Shown here piece after piece: positions 28,165 to 45,150 of a stretch of DNA of 64,000 nucleotides (positions within the stretch are counted from its first letter, which is position 1; every line of letters starts with the position of its first letter). The stretch spans positions 414,718,001 to 414,782,000 of the forward strand of contig OZ024741.1 of the NCBI GenBank assembly GCA_964016885.1, in the 5' to 3' direction. Made by a program: the position numbers and the translations under genes. The DNA is from Eledone cirrhosa (lineage: Eukaryota). Under the pieces are notes generated by a model. The model was not told the DNA's origin and did no database searches. It was given only the letters and a program-made list of their open reading frames with translations.

Positions 28165-31100
28165 ACCAGGAGACCTACATCACATGAACTTTGGTCTGAC
28201 ACTCTACCAAGTATAAGCCACCAGGAGACCTACATCACACATACTTTGGTCTGACACTTTACCGAGTATAAGACACCAGGAGACCTACATCACACGTACT
28301 TTGGTCTGACACTCTACCGAGTATAAGACACCAGGAGACCTACATCACACATACTTTGATCTGAGACTACCGAGTATAAGACACCAGGAGACCTACATCA
28401 CATGTACTTTGGTCTCACACTCTACCAAGTATAAGACACCAGGATACCTACAGCACACATACTTTGGTCTCACACCCTACCGAATATAAGACACCAGGAG
28501 ACCTACATCACACATACTTTGGTCTTACACTCTACCGAGTATAAGACACCAGGAGACCTACATCACACATACTTTGGTCTTACACTCTACCAAGTATAAG
28601 ACACCAGGAGACCTACATCACACATACTTTGGTCTGACACTCTACCGAGTATAAGACACCAGGAGACCTACATCACATGTACTTTGGTCTGACACTCTAC
28701 CGAGTATAAGACACCAGGAGACCTACATCACACATACATAGGTTTAACACTCTACCGAGTATAAGACACCAGGAGACCTACATCACACATACGTAGGTTT
28801 AACACTCTACTGAGTATAAGACACCAGGAGACCTACATCACACATACTTTGGTCTGACACTCTACCGAGTATAAGACACCAGGAGACCTACATCACACAT
28901 ACTTTGGTCTGACACTCTACCGAGTATAAGACACCAGGAGACCTACATCACACGTACTTTGGTCTTACACTCTACCGAGTATAAGACACCAGGAGACCTA
29001 CATCACACGTACTTTGGTCTGACACTCTACCGAATATAAGACACCAGGAGACCTACATCACACATACTTTGGTCTTACACTCTACCGAGTATAAGACACC
29101 AGGAGACCTACATCACACATACTTTGGTCTTACACTCTACCAAGTATAAGACACCAGGAGACCTACATCACACATACTTTGATCTGACACTCTACCGAGT
29201 ATAAGACACCGGGAGACCTACATCACACATATTTTGGTCTGACACTCTACCGAGTATAAGACACCAGGAGACCTACATCACACATACATAGGTTTAACAC
29301 TCTACCGAGTATAAGACAACAGGAGACCTACATCACACATACATAGGTCTGACACTCTACCGAGTATAAGACACCAGGAGACCTACATCACACATACATT
29401 GGTCTTACACTCTACCGAGTATAAGACACCTGGAGACCTACATCACACGTACTTTGGTCTGACACTCTACCGAGTATAACACACCAGGAGACCTACATCA
29501 CACGTACTTTGGTCTGACACTCTACCGAGTATAAGACACCAGGAGACCTACATCACGCATACTTTGGTCTGACACTCTACCGCGTATAAGACACCAGGAG
29601 ACCTACATCACACGTACTTTGGTCTGACACTCTACCGAGTATAAGACACCAGGAGACCTACATCACACGTACTTTGGTCTGACACTCTACCGAGTATAAG
29701 ACACCAGAAGACCTACATCACACATACTTTGGTCTGACACTCTACCGAGTATAAGACACCAGGAGACCTACATCACGCATACTTTGGTCTGACACTCTAC
29801 CGCGTATAAGACACCAGGAGACCTACATCACACGTACTTTGGTCTGACACTCTACCGAGTATAAGACACCAGGAGACCTACATCACACGTACTTTGGTCT
29901 GACACTCTACCGAGTATAACACACCAGGAGACCTACATCACACATAGTTTGGTCTGACACTCTACCGAGTATAACACACCAGGAGACCTACATCACACAT
30001 ACTTTGGTCTCACACTCTACCAAGTATAACACACCAGGAGACCTACAGCACACATACTTTGGTCTGACACTCTACCAAGTATAAGACACCAGGAGACCTA
30101 CATCACACATACTTTGGTCTGACACTCTACCGAGTATAACACACCAGGAGACCTACATCACACATACATAGGTCTGACACTCTACCGAGTATAAGACACC
30201 AGGAGACCTACATCACACATACATAGGTCTGACACTCTACCGAGTATAAGACACCAGGAGACCTACATCACACGTACTGTGGTCTCACACTCTACCGAGT
30301 ATAAGACACCAGGAGACCAACATCACACGTACTTTGGTCTGACACTCTACCGAGTATAAGACACCAGGAGACCTACATCACACGTACTTTGGTCTGACAT
30401 TCTACCGAGTATAAGACACCAGGAGACCTACATCACGCATACTTTGGTCTGACACTCTACCGAGTATAAGACACCAGGAGAACTACATCACACGTACTTT
30501 GGTCTGACACTCTACCGAGTATAACACACCAGGAGACCTACATCACACATACTTTGGTCTGACACTCTACCGAGTATAACACACCAGGAGACCTACAGCA
30601 CACATACTTTGGTCTCACACTCTACCGAGTATAACACACGAGGAGACCTACATCGCACATACTTTGGTCTGACACTCTACCGAGTATAACACACCAGGAG
30701 ACCTACATCACACATACTTTGGTCTGACACTCTACCGAGTATAACACACCAGGAGACCTACATCGCACATACTTTGGTCTGACACTCTACCGATTATAAG
30801 ACACCAGGAGACCTACATAAACACATACATAGGTTTAACACACTACTGAGTATAAGACACCAGGAGACCTACATCACACATACATAGGTCTGACACTCTA
30901 CCGAGTATAAGACACCAGGAGACCTACATCACACGTAATTTGGTCTCACACTCTACCGAGTATAAGACACCAGGAGACCTACATCACACATACTTTGGTC
31001 TGACACTCTACCGACTATAAGACACGAGGAGACCTACATCGCACATACTTTGGTCTGACACTCTACCGAGTATAACACACCAGGAGACCTACATCACACA

Positions 31101-33279
31101 TACTTTGGTCTGACACTCTACCGAGTATAACACACCAGGAGACCTACATCGCACATACTTTGGTCTGACACTCTACCGAGTATAAGACACCAGGAGACCT
31201 ACAGCACACATACTTTGATCTGACACTCTACCGAGTATAAGACACCAGGAGACGTACATCACACGTACTTTGGTCTGACACTCAACCGAGTATAACACAC
31301 CAGGAGACCTACATCACACATACATAGATCTGACACTCTACCGTGTATAAGACACCAGGAGACCTACATCACACGTACTTTGGTCTGACACTCTACCGAG
31401 TATAAGACACCAGGAGACCTACATCACACGTACTTTGGTCTGACACTCTACCCAGTATAAGACACCGGGAGACCTACATCACACGTAATTTGGTCTGACA
31501 CTCTACCGAGTATAAGACACCAGGAGACCTACATCACACTACTTTGGTCTGACACTCTACCGAGTATAAGACACCAGGAGACCTACATCACACATACATA
31601 GGTTTAACACTCTACCGAGTATAAGACACCAGGAGACCTACATCACACATACATAGGTTTAACACTCTACTGAGTATAAGACACCAGCAGACCTACATCA
31701 CACATACTTTGGTCTGACACTCTACCGAGTATAAGACACCAGGAGACCTACATCACACATACTTTGGTCTGACACTCTACCGAGTATAAGACACCAGGAG
31801 ACCTACATCACACGTACTTTGGTCTTACACTCTACCGAGTATAAGACACCAGGAGACCTACATCACACGTACTTTGGTCTGACACTCTACCGAATATAAG
31901 ACACCAGGAGACCTACATCACACATACTTTGGTCTTACACTCTACCGAGTATAAGACACCAGAAGACCTACATCACACATACTTTGGTCTGACACTCTAC
32001 CGAGTATAAGACACCAGGAGAACTACATCACACATACTTTGGTCTTACACTCTACCAAGTATAAGACACCAGGAGACCTACATCACACATATTTTGGTCT
32101 TACACTCTACCGAGTATAACACACGAGGAGACCTACATCGCACATACTTTGGTCTGACACTCTACCGAGTATAACACACCAGGAGACCTACATCGCACAT
32201 ACTTTGGTCTGACACTCTACCGATTATAAGACACCAGGAGACCTACATAAACACATACATAGGTTTAACACACTACTGAGTATAAGACACCAGGAGACCT
32301 ACATCACACATACATAGGTCTGACACTCTACCGAGTATAAGACACCGGTAGACCTACATCACACATACATAGGTCTGACACTCTACCGAGTATAAGACAC
32401 CGGGAGACCTACATCACACGTAATTTGGTCTGACACTCTACCGAGTATAAGACACCAGGAGACCTACATCACACGTACTTTGGTCTGACACTCTACCGAG
32501 TATAAGACACCAGGAGACCTACATCAAACATACATAGGTTTAACACTCTACCGAGTATAAGACACCGGGAGACCTACATCACACATACATAGGTTTAACA
32601 CTCTACTGAGTATAAAACACCAGCAGACCTACATCACACATACTTTGGTCTGACACTCTACCGAGTATAAGACACCAGGAGACCTACATCACACATACTT
32701 TGGTCTGACACTCTACCGAGTATAAGACACCAGGAGACCTACATCACACGTACTTTGGTCTTACACTCTACCGAGTATAAGACACCAGGAGGCCTACATC
32801 ACACGTACTTTGGTCTGACACTCTACCGAATATAAGACACCAGGAGGCCTACATCACACGTACTTTGGTCTGACACTCTACCGAGTATAAGACACCAGGA
32901 GACCTACATCACACATATTTTGGTCTTACACTCTACCAAGTATAAGACACCAGGAGACCTACATCACACATACTTTGATCTGACACTCTACCGAGTATAA
33001 GACACCGGGAGACCTACATCACACATATTTTGGTCTGACACTCTACCGAGTATAAGACACCAGGAGACCTACATCACACATACATAGGTTTAACACTCTA
33101 CCGAGTATAAGACACCAGGAGACCTACATCACACATACGTAGGTCTGACACTCTACCGAGTATAAGACACCAGGAGACCTACATCACACATACTTTGGTC
33201 TTACACTCTACCAAGTATAAGACACCAGGAGACCTACATCACACATACTTTGGTCTGACACTCTACCGAGTATAAGACA

Positions 33280-36200
33280 CCAGGAGACCTACATCACACA
33301 TACTTTGGTCTTACACTCTACCGAGTATAAGACACCAGGAGAACTACATCACACATACTTTGGTCTTACACTCTACCAAGTATAAGACACCAGGAGATCT
33401 ACATCACACATACTTTGGTCTTACACTCTACCAAGTATAAGACACCAGGAGACCTACATCACACATACTTTGATCTGACACTCTACCGAGTATAAGACAC
33501 CGGGAGACCTACATCACACATATTTTGGTCTGACACTCTACCGAGTATAAGACACCAGGCGACCTACATCACACATACATAGGTTTAACACTCTACCGAG
33601 TATAAGACACCAGGAGACCTACATCACACATACTTTGGTCTTACACTGTACCGAGTATAAGACACCTGGAGACCTAAATCACACGTACTTTGGTCTGACA
33701 CTCTACCGAGTATAACACACCAGGAGACCTACATCACACGTGCTTTGGTCTGACACTCTACCGAGTATAAGACACCAGGAGACCTACATCACGCATACTT
33801 TGGTCTGACACTCTACCGAGTATAAGACACCAGGAGACCTACATCACACATACATAGGTCTGACACTCTACCGAGTATAAGACGCCAGGAGACCTACATC
33901 ACACATACATAGGTTTAACACTCTACCGAGTATAAGACACCAGGAGACCTACATCACGCATACATAGGTCTGACACTCTACCGAGTATAAGACACCAGGA
34001 GACCTACATCACACGTACTTTTGTCTCACACTCTACCGAGTATAAGACACCAGGAGACCTACATGACACATACATAGGTTTAACACTCTACCGAGTATAA
34101 GACACCAGGAGACCTACATCACACATACATAGGTTTAACACTCTACCGAGTATAAGACACCAGGACACCTACATCACACATACATAGGTTTAACACTCTA
34201 CCGGGTATAAGACACCAGAAGACCTACATCACACATACTTTGGTCTGACACTCTACCGAGTATAAGACACCAGGAGACCTACATCACACGTACTTTGGTC
34301 TGACACTCTACCGAGTATAAGACACCAGGAGACTTACATCACACGTACTTTGGTCTGACACTCTACCGAGTATAAGACACCAGGAGACCTACATCACACG
34401 TACTTTGGTCTTACACTCTACCGAGTATAAGACACCAGGAGACCTACATCACACGTACTTTGGTCTGACACTCTACCGAGTATAAGACACCAGGAGACCT
34501 ACATCACACGTACTTTGGTCTGACACTCTACCGAGTATAAGACACCAGGAGACCTACATCACACATACATAGGTTTAACACTCTACCGAGTACATACACC
34601 AGGAGACCTACATCACACATACATAGGTTTAACACTCTACTGAGTATAAGACACCAGGAGACCTACATCACACATACTTTGGTCTGACACTCTACCGAGT
34701 ATAAGACACCAGGAGACCTACATCACACATACTTTGGTCTGACACTCTACCGAGTATAAGACACCAGGAGACCTACATCACACGTACTTTGGTCTTACAC
34801 TCTACCGAGTATAAGACACCAGGAGGCCTACATCACACGTACTTTGGTCTGACACTCTACCGAATATAAGACACCAGGAGACCTACATCACACGTACTTT
34901 GGTCTGACACTCTACCGAGTATAAGACACCAGGAGACCTACATCACACGTACTTTGGTATGACACTCTACCGAGTATAAGACACCAGGAGACCTACATCA
35001 CATGTACTTTGGTCTGACACTCTACCGAGTATAAGCCACCAGGAGACCTACATCACACATACTTTGGTCTGACACTTTACCGAGTATAAGACACCAGGAG
35101 ACCTACATCACACGTACTTTGGTCTCACACTCTACCAAGTATAAGACACCAGGAGACCTACAGCACACATACTTTGGTCTCACACTCTACCGAGTATAAG
35201 ACACCAGGAGACCTACATCACACATACTTTGGTCTTACACTCTACCGAGTATAAGACACCAGGAGACCTACATCACACATACTTTGGTCTTACACTCTAC
35301 CGAGTATAACACACCGGGAGACCTACAGCACACATACTTTGGTCTCACACTCTACCGAGTATAACACACGAGGAGACCTACATCGCACATACTTTGGTCT
35401 GACACTCTACCGAGTATAACACACTAGGAGACCTACATCACACATACTTTGGTCTGACACTCTACCGAGTATAACACACCAGGAGACCTACAGCACACAT
35501 ACTTTGGTCTCACACTCTACCGAGTATAACACACCAGGAGACCTACATCGCACATACTTTGGTCTGACACTCTACCGATTATAAGACACCAGGAGACCTA
35601 CATAAACACATACATAGGTTTAACACACTACTGAGTATAAGACACCAGGAGACCTACATCACACATACATAGGTCTGACACTCTACCGAGTATAAGACAC
35701 CAGGAGACCTACATCACACATACATAGGTCTGACACTCTACCGAGTATAAGACACCGGGAGACCTACATCACACGTACTTTGGTCTCACACTCTACCGAG
35801 TATAAGACACCAGGAGACCTACATCACACATACTTTGGTCTGACACTCTACCGACTATAAGACACTAGGAGACCTACATCACACGTACTTTGGTCTGACA
35901 CTCTACCGAGTATAAGACACCAGGAGACCTACAGCACACATACTTTGATCTGACACTCTACCGAGTATAAGACACCAGGAGACCTACATCACACGTACTT
36001 TGGTCTGACACTCTACCGAGTATAACACACCAGGAGACCTACATCACACATACATAGATCTGACACTACCGCGTATAAGACACCAGGAGACCTACATCAC
36101 ACGTACTTTGGTCTGACACTCTACCCAGTATAAGACACCGGGAGACCTACATCACACGTAATTTGGTCTGACACTCTACCGAGTATAAGACACCAGGAGA

Positions 36201-39200
36201 CCTACATCACACGTACTTTGGTCTGACACTCTACCGAGTATAAGACACCAGGAGACCTACATCACACATACATAGGTTTAACACTCTACCGAGTATAAGA
36301 CACCAGGAGACCTACATCACACATACATAGGTTTAACACTCTACTGAGTATAAGACACCAGCAGACCTACATCACACATACTTTGGTCTGACTCTCTACC
36401 GAGTATAAGACACCAGGAGACCTACATCACACATACTTTGGTCTTACACTCTACCGAGTATAAGACACCAGGAGAACTACATCACACATACTTTGGTCTT
36501 ACACTCTACCAAGTATAAGACACCAGGAGATCTACATCACACATACTTTGGTCTTACACTCTACCAAGTATAAGACACCAGGAGACCTACATCACACATA
36601 CTTTGATCTGACACTCTACCGAGTATAAGACATCGGGAGACCTACATCACACATATTTTGGTCTGACACTCTACCGAGTATAAGACACCAGGCGACCTAC
36701 ATCACACATACATAGGTTTAACACTCTACCGAGTATAAGACACCAGGAGACCTACATCACACATACATAGGTCTGACACTCTACCGAGTATAAGACACCA
36801 GGAGACCTACATCACACATACTTTGGTCTTACACTCTACCAAGTATAAGACACCAGGAGACCTACATCACACATACTTTGATCTGACACTCTACCGAGTA
36901 TAAGACACCGGGAGACCTACATCACACATATTTTGGTCTGACACTCTACCGAGTATAAGACACCAGGCGACCTACATCACACATACATAGGTTTAACACT
37001 CTACCGAGTATAAGACACCAGGAGACCTACATCACACATACATAGGTCTAACACTCTACCGAGTATAAGACACCAGGAGACCTACATCACACATACTTTG
37101 GTCTTACACTCTACCAAGTATAAGACACCAGGAGACCTACATCACACATACATAGGTTTAACACTCTACCGAGTATGAGACACCAGGAGACCTACATCAC
37201 ACATACATAGGTCTGACACTCTACCGAGTATAAGACACCAGGAGACCTACATCACACATACTTTGGTCTTACACTGTACCGAGTATAAGACACCTGGAGA
37301 CCTAAATCACACGTACTTTGGTCTGACACTCTACCGAGTATAACACACCAGGAGACCTACATCACACGTGCTTTGGTCTGACACTCTACCGAGTATAAGA
37401 CACCAGGAGACCTACATCACGCATACTTTGGTCTGACACTCTACCGAGTATAAGACACCAGGAGACCTACATCACACATACATAGGTCTGACACTCTACC
37501 GAGTATAAGACGCCAGGAGACCTACATCACACATACATAGGTTTAACACTCTACCGAGTATAAGACACCAGGAGACCTACATCACGCATACATAGGTCTG
37601 ACACTCTACCGAGTATAAGACACCAGGAGACCTACATCACACGTACTTTTGTCTCACACTCTACCGAGTATAAGACACCAGGAGACCTACATGACACATA
37701 CATAGGTTTAACACTCTACCGAGTATAAGACACCAGGAGACCTACATCACACATACATAGGTTTAACACTCTACCGAGTATAAGACACCAGGACACCTAC
37801 ATCACACATACATAGGTTTAACACTCTACCGGGTATAAGACACCAGAAGACCTACATCACACATACTTTGGTCTGACACTCTACCGAGTATAAGACACCA
37901 GGAGACCTACATCACACGTACTTTGGTCTGACACTCTACCGAGTATAAGACACCAGGAGACTTACATCACACGTACTTTGGTCTGACACTCTACCGAGTA
38001 TAAGACACCAGGAGACCTACATCACACGTACTTTGGTCTTACACTCTACCGAGTATAAGACACCAGGAGACCTACATCACACGTACTTTGGTCTGACACT
38101 CTACCGAGTATAAGACACCAGGAGACCTACATCACACGTACTTTGGTCTGACACTCTACCGAGTAGAAGACACCAGGAGACCTACATCACACATACATAG
38201 GTTTAACACTCTACCGAGTACAAGACACCAGGAGACCTACATCACACATACATAGGTTTAACACTCTACTGAGTATAAGACACCAGGAGACCTACATCAC
38301 ACATACTTTGGTCTGACACTCTACCGAGTATAAGACACCAGGAGACCTACATCACATGTACTTTGGTCTGACACTCTACCGAGTATAAGCCACCAGGAGA
38401 CCTACATCACACATACTTTGGTCTGACACTTTACCGAGTATAAGACACCAGGAGACCTACATCACACGTACTTTGGTCTCACACTCTACCAAGTATAAGA
38501 CACCAGGAGACCTACAGCACACATACTTTGGTCTCACACTCTACCGAGTATAAGACACCAGGAGACCTACATCACACATACTTTGGTCTTACACTCTACC
38601 GAGTATAAGACACCAGGAGACCTACATCACACATACTTTGGTCTTACACTCTACCGAGTATAACACACCGGGAGACCTACAGCACACATACTTTGGTCTC
38701 ACACTCTACCGAGTATAACACACGAGGAGACCTACATCGCACATACTTTGGTCTGACACTCTACCGAGTATAACACACTAGGAGACCTACATCACACATA
38801 CTTTGGTCTGACACTCTACCGAGTATAACACACCAGGAGACCTACAGCACACATACTTTGGTCTCACACTCTACCGAGTATAACACACCGGGAGACCTAC
38901 ATCGCACATACTTTGGTCTGACACTCTACCGATTATAAGACACCAGGAGACCTACATTAACACATACATAGGTTTAACACACTACTGAGTATAAGACACC
39001 AGGAGACCTACATCACACATACATAGGTCTGACACTCTACCGAGTATAAGACACCAGGAGACCTACATCACACATACATAGGTCTGACACTCTACCGAGT
39101 ATAAGACACCGGGAGACCTACATCACACGTACTTTGGTCTCACACTCTACCGAGTATAAGACACCAGGAGACCTACATCACACATACTTTGGTCTGACAC

Positions 39201-40150
39201 TCTACCGACTATAAGACACTAGGAGACCTACATCACACGTACTTTGGTCTGACACTCTACCGATTATAAGACACCAGGAGACCTACAGCACACATACTTT
39301 GATCTGACACTCTACCGAGTATAAGACACCAGGAGACCTACATCACACGTACTTTGGTCTGACACTCTACCGAGTATAACACACCAGGAGACCTACATCA
39401 CACATACATAGATCTGACACTACCGCGTATAAGACACCAGGAGACCTACATCACACGTACTTTGGTCTGACACTCTACCCAGTATAAGACACCGGGAGAC
39501 CTACATCACACGTAATTTGGTCTGACACTCTACCGAGTATAAGACACCAGGAGACCTACATCACACGTACTTTGGTCTGACACTCTACCGAGTATAAGAC
39601 ACCAGGAGACCTACATCACACATACATAGGTTTAACACTCTACCGAGTATAAGACACCAGGAGACCTACATCACACATACATAGGTTTAACACTCTACTG
39701 AGTATAAGACACCAGCAGACCTACATCACACATACTTTGGTCTGACTCTCTACCGAGTATAAGATACCAGGAGACCTACATCACACATACTTTGGTCTTA
39801 CACTCTACCGAGTATAAGACACCAGGAGAACTACATCACACATACTTTGGTCTTACACTCTACCAAGTATAAGACACCAGGAGATCTACATCACACATAC
39901 TTTGGTCTTACACTCTACCAAGTATAAGACACCAGGAGACCTACATCACACATACTTTGATCTGACACTCTACCGAGTATAAGACATCGGGAGACCTACA
40001 TCACACATATTTTGGTCTGACACTCTACCGAGTATAAGACACCAGGCGACCTACATCACACATACATAGGTTTAACACTCTACCGAGTATAAGACACCAG
40101 GAGACCTACATCACACATACATAGGTCTGACACTCTACCGAGTATAAGAC
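33280..40150. repeat. Tandem duplication of a 61-66-monomer block (about 3.35-3.63 kb x2)
   Basis: CCTAAATC 33673/37301 (3628 = 66x55-2). GACGCCAGG, ATGACAC and CCGGGTAT are also shared. ACTCTCTACC 36391/39745 and CATCGGG 36631/39985 (3354 = 61x55-1) imply a net 5-monomer loss in the second copy near 38340. Confidence 0.85.
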
Positions 40151-42129
40151 ACCAGGAGACCTACATCACACGTACTTTGGTCTGACACTCTACCGAGTAT
40201 AAGACACCAGGAGACCTACATCACACATACATAGGTTTAACACTCTACCGAGTATAAGACACCAGGAGACCTACGTCACACATACATAGGTTTAACACTC
40301 TACTGAGTATAAGACACCAGGAGACCTACATCACACATACTTTGGTCTGACACTCTACCGAGTATAAGACACCAGGAGACCTACATCACACGTACTTTGG
40401 TCTTACACTCTACCGAGTATAAGACACCAGGAGGCCTACATCACACGTACTTTGGTCTGACACTCTACCGAATATAAGACACCAGGAGACCTACATCACA
40501 CGTACTTTGGTCTGACACTCTACGAGTATAAGACACCAGGAGACCTACATCACACGTACTTTGGTCTGACACTCTACCGAGTATAAGACACCAGGAGACC
40601 TACATCACATGAACTTTGGTCTGACACTCTACCAAGTATAAGCCACCAGGAGACCTACATCACACATACTTTGGTCTGACACTTTACCGAGTATAAGACA
40701 CCAGGAGACCTACATCACACGTACTTTGGTCTCACACTCTACCAAGTATAAGAAACCAGGAGACCTACATCACACATACTTTGGTCTGACACTCTACCGA
40801 ATATAAGACACCAGGAGACCTACATCACACATACTTTGGTCTTACACTCTACCGAGTATAAGACACCAGGAGACCTACATCACACATACTTTGGTCTTAC
40901 ACTCTACCAAGTATAAGACACCAGGAGACCTACATCACACATACTTTGGTCTGACACTCTACCGAGTATAAGACACCAGGAGACCTACATCACACATACT
41001 TTGGTCTTACACTCTACCGAGTATAAGACACCAGGAGACCTACATCACACATACATAGGTTTAACACTCTACCGAGTATAAGACACCAGGAGACCTACAT
41101 CACACATACATAGGTCTGACACTCTACCGAGTATAAGACACCAGGAGACCTACATCACACGTACTGTGGTCTCACACTCTACCGAGTATAAGACACCAGG
41201 AGACCAACATCACACATACTTTGGTCTGACACTCTACCGAGTATAAGACACCAGGAGACCTACATCACACGTACTTTGGTCTGACACTCTACCGAGTATA
41301 AGACACCAGGAGACCTACATCACGCATACTTTGGTCTGACACTCTACCGAGTATAAGACACCAGGAGAACTACATCACATGTACTTTGGTCTGACACTCT
41401 ACCGAGTATAAGACACCAGGAGACCTACATCACACGTACTTTGGTCTGACACACTACCGAGTATAACACACCAGGAGACCTACATCACACTTACTTTGGT
41501 CTGACACTCTACCGAGTATAACACACCAGGAGACCTACATGACACATACTTTGGTCTGACACTCTACCGAGTATAACACACCAGGAGACCTACATCACAC
41601 ATACTTTGGTCTGACACTCTACCGAGTATAACACACCAGGAGACCTACAGCACACATACTTTGGTCTCACACTCTACCGAGTATAACACACGAGGAGACC
41701 TACATCGCACATACTTTGGTCTGACACTCTACCGAGAATAACACACCAGGAGACCTACATCACACATACTTTGGTCTGACACTCTACCGAGTATAACACA
41801 CCAGGAGACCTACATCGCACATACTTTGGTCTGACACTCTACCGATTATAAGACACCAGGAGACCTACATAAACACATACATAGGTTTAACACACTACTG
41901 AGTATAAGACACCAGGAGACCTACATCACACATACTTTGGTCTGACACTCTACCGACTATAAGACACTAGGAGACCTACATCACACGTACTTTGGTCTCA
42001 CACTCTACCGAGTATAAGACACCAGGAGACCTACAGCACACATACTTTGATCTGACACTCTACCGAGTATAAGACACCAGGAGACCTACATCACACGTAC
42101 TTTGGTCTGACACTCTACCGAGTATAACA

Positions 42130-45100
42130 CACCAGGAGACCTACATCACACATACATAGATCTGACACTCTACCGCGTATAAGACACCAGGAGACCTACA
42201 TCACACGTACTTTGGTCTGACACTCTACCGAGTATAAGACACCAGGAGACCTACATCACACGTACTTTGGTCTGACACTCTACCCAGTATAAGACACCGG
42301 GAGACCTACATCACACGTAATTTGGTCTGACACTCTACCGAGTATAAGACACCAGGAGACCTACATCACACATACTTTGGTCTGACACTCTACCGAGTAT
42401 AAGACACCAGGAGACCTACATCACACATACATAGGTTTAACACTCTACCGAGTATAAGACACCAGGAGACCTACATCACACATACATAGGTTTAACACTC
42501 TACTGAGTATAAGACACCAGCAGACCTACATCACACATACTTTGGTCTGACACTCTACCGAGTATAAGACACCAGGAGACCTACATCACACATACTTTGG
42601 TCTGACACTCTACCGAGTATAAGACACCAGGAGACCTACATCACACGTACTTTGGTCTTACACTCTACCGAGTATAAGACACCAGGAGGCCTACATCACA
42701 CGCACTTTGGTCTGACACTACCGAATATAAGACACCAGGAGACCTACATCACACGTACTTTGGTCTGACACTCTACCGAGTATAAGACACCAGGAGACCT
42801 ACATCACACGTACTTTGGTCTGACACTCTACCGAATATAAGACACCAGGAGACCTACATCACACATACTTTGGTCTTACACTCTACCGAGTATAAGACAC
42901 CGGGAGACCTACATCACACATACTTTGGTCTTACACTCTACCGAGTATAAGACACCAGGAGAACTACATCACACATACTTTGGTCTTACACTCTACCAAG
43001 TATAAGACACCAGGAGACCTACATCACACATATTTTGGTCTTACACTCTACCAAGTATAAGACACCAGGAGACCTACATCACACATACTTTGATCTGACA
43101 CTCTGCCGAGTATAAGACACCGGGAGACCTACATCACACATATTTTGGTCTGACACTCTACCGAGTATAAGACACCAGGAGACCTACATCACACATACAT
43201 AGGTTTAACACTCTACCGAGTATAAGACACCAGGAGACCTACATCACACATACATAGGTCTGACACTCTACCGAGTATAAGACACCAGGAGACCTACATC
43301 ACACATACATTGGTCTTACACTCTACCGAGTATAAGACACCAGGAGACCTACATCACACATACTTTGGTCTTACACTCTACCAAGTATAAGACACCAGGA
43401 GACCTACATCACACATACTTTGGTCTGACACTCTACCGAGTATAAGACACCAGGAGACCTACATCACACATACTTTGGTCTTACACTCTACCGAGTATAA
43501 GACACCAGGAGAACTACATCACACATATTTTGGTCTTACACTCTACCAAGTATAAGACACCAGGAGATCTACATCACACATACATAGATCTGACACTCTA
43601 CCGCGTATAAGACACCAGGAGACCTACATCACACGTACTTTGGTCTGACACTCTACCGAGTATAAGACACCAGGAGACCTACATCACACGTACTTTGGTC
43701 TGACACTCTACCCAGTATAAGACACCGGGAGACCTACATCACACGTAATTTGGTCTGACACTCTACCGAGTATAAGACACCAGGAGACCTACATCACACG
43801 TACTTTGGTCTGACACTCTACCGAGTATAAGACACCAGGAGACCTACATCACACATACATAGGTTTAACACTCTACCGAGTATAAGACACCAGGAGACCT
43901 ACATCACACATACATAGGTTTAACACTCTACTGAGTATAAGACACCAGCAGACCTACATCACACATACTTTGGTCTGACACTCTACCGAGTATAAGACAC
44001 CAGGAGACCTACATCACACATACTTTGGTCTGACACTCTACCGAGTATAAGACACCAGGAGACCTACATCACACGTACTTTGGTCTTACACTCTACCGAG
44101 TATAAGACACCAGGAGGCCTACATCACACGTACTTTGGTCTGACACTACCGAATATAAGACACCAGGAGACCTACATCACACGTACTTTGGTCTGACATT
44201 CTACCGAGTATAAGACACCATGAGACCTACTTCACACGTACTTTGGTCTGACACTATACCGAATATAAGACACCAGGAGACCTACATCACACATACTTTG
44301 GTCTTACACTCTACCGAGTATAAGACACCAGGTGACCTACATCACACATACTTTGGTCTTACACTCTACCAAGTATAAGACACCAGGAGACCTACATCAC
44401 ACATACTTTGGTCTGACACTCTACCGAGTATAAGACACCAGGAGACCTACATCACACATACTTTGGTCTTACACTCTACCGAGTATAAGACACCAGGAGA
44501 ACTACATCACACATACTTTGGTCTTACACTCTACCAAGTATAAGACACCAGGAGACCTACATCACACATATTTTGGTCTTACACTCTACCAAGTATAAGA
44601 CACCAGGAGACCTACATCACACATACTTTGATCTGACACTCTACCGAGTATAAGACACCGGGAGACTTACATCACACATATTTTGGTCTGACACTCTACC
44701 GAGTATAAGACACCAGGAGACCTACATCACACATACATAGGTTTAACACTCTACCGAGTATAAGACACCAGGAGACCTACATCACACATACATAGGTCTG
44801 ACACTCTACCGAGTATAAGACACCAGGAGACCTACATCACACATACATTGGTCTTACACTCTACCGAGTATAAGACACCAGGAGACCTACATCACACATA
44901 CTTTGGTCTTACACTCTACCAAGTATAAGACACCAGGATACCTACATCACACATACTTTGGTCTGACACTCTACCGAGTATAAGACACCAGGAGACCTAC
45001 ATCACACATACTTTGGTCTTACACTCTACCGAGTATAAGACACCAGGAGAACTACATCACACATATTTTGGTCTTACACTCTACCAAGTATAAGACACCA

Positions 45101-45150
45101 GGAGATCTACATCACACATACTTTGGTCTTACACTCTACCAAGTATAAGA
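42130..45150. repeat. Tandem duplication of a 26-28-monomer block
   Basis: 2-bp-deleted TGACACTACCGAAT at 42713/44141 (1428 = 26x55-2). TATTTT...GAGATCT at 43564/45102 (1538 = 28x55-2). Confidence 0.8.
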
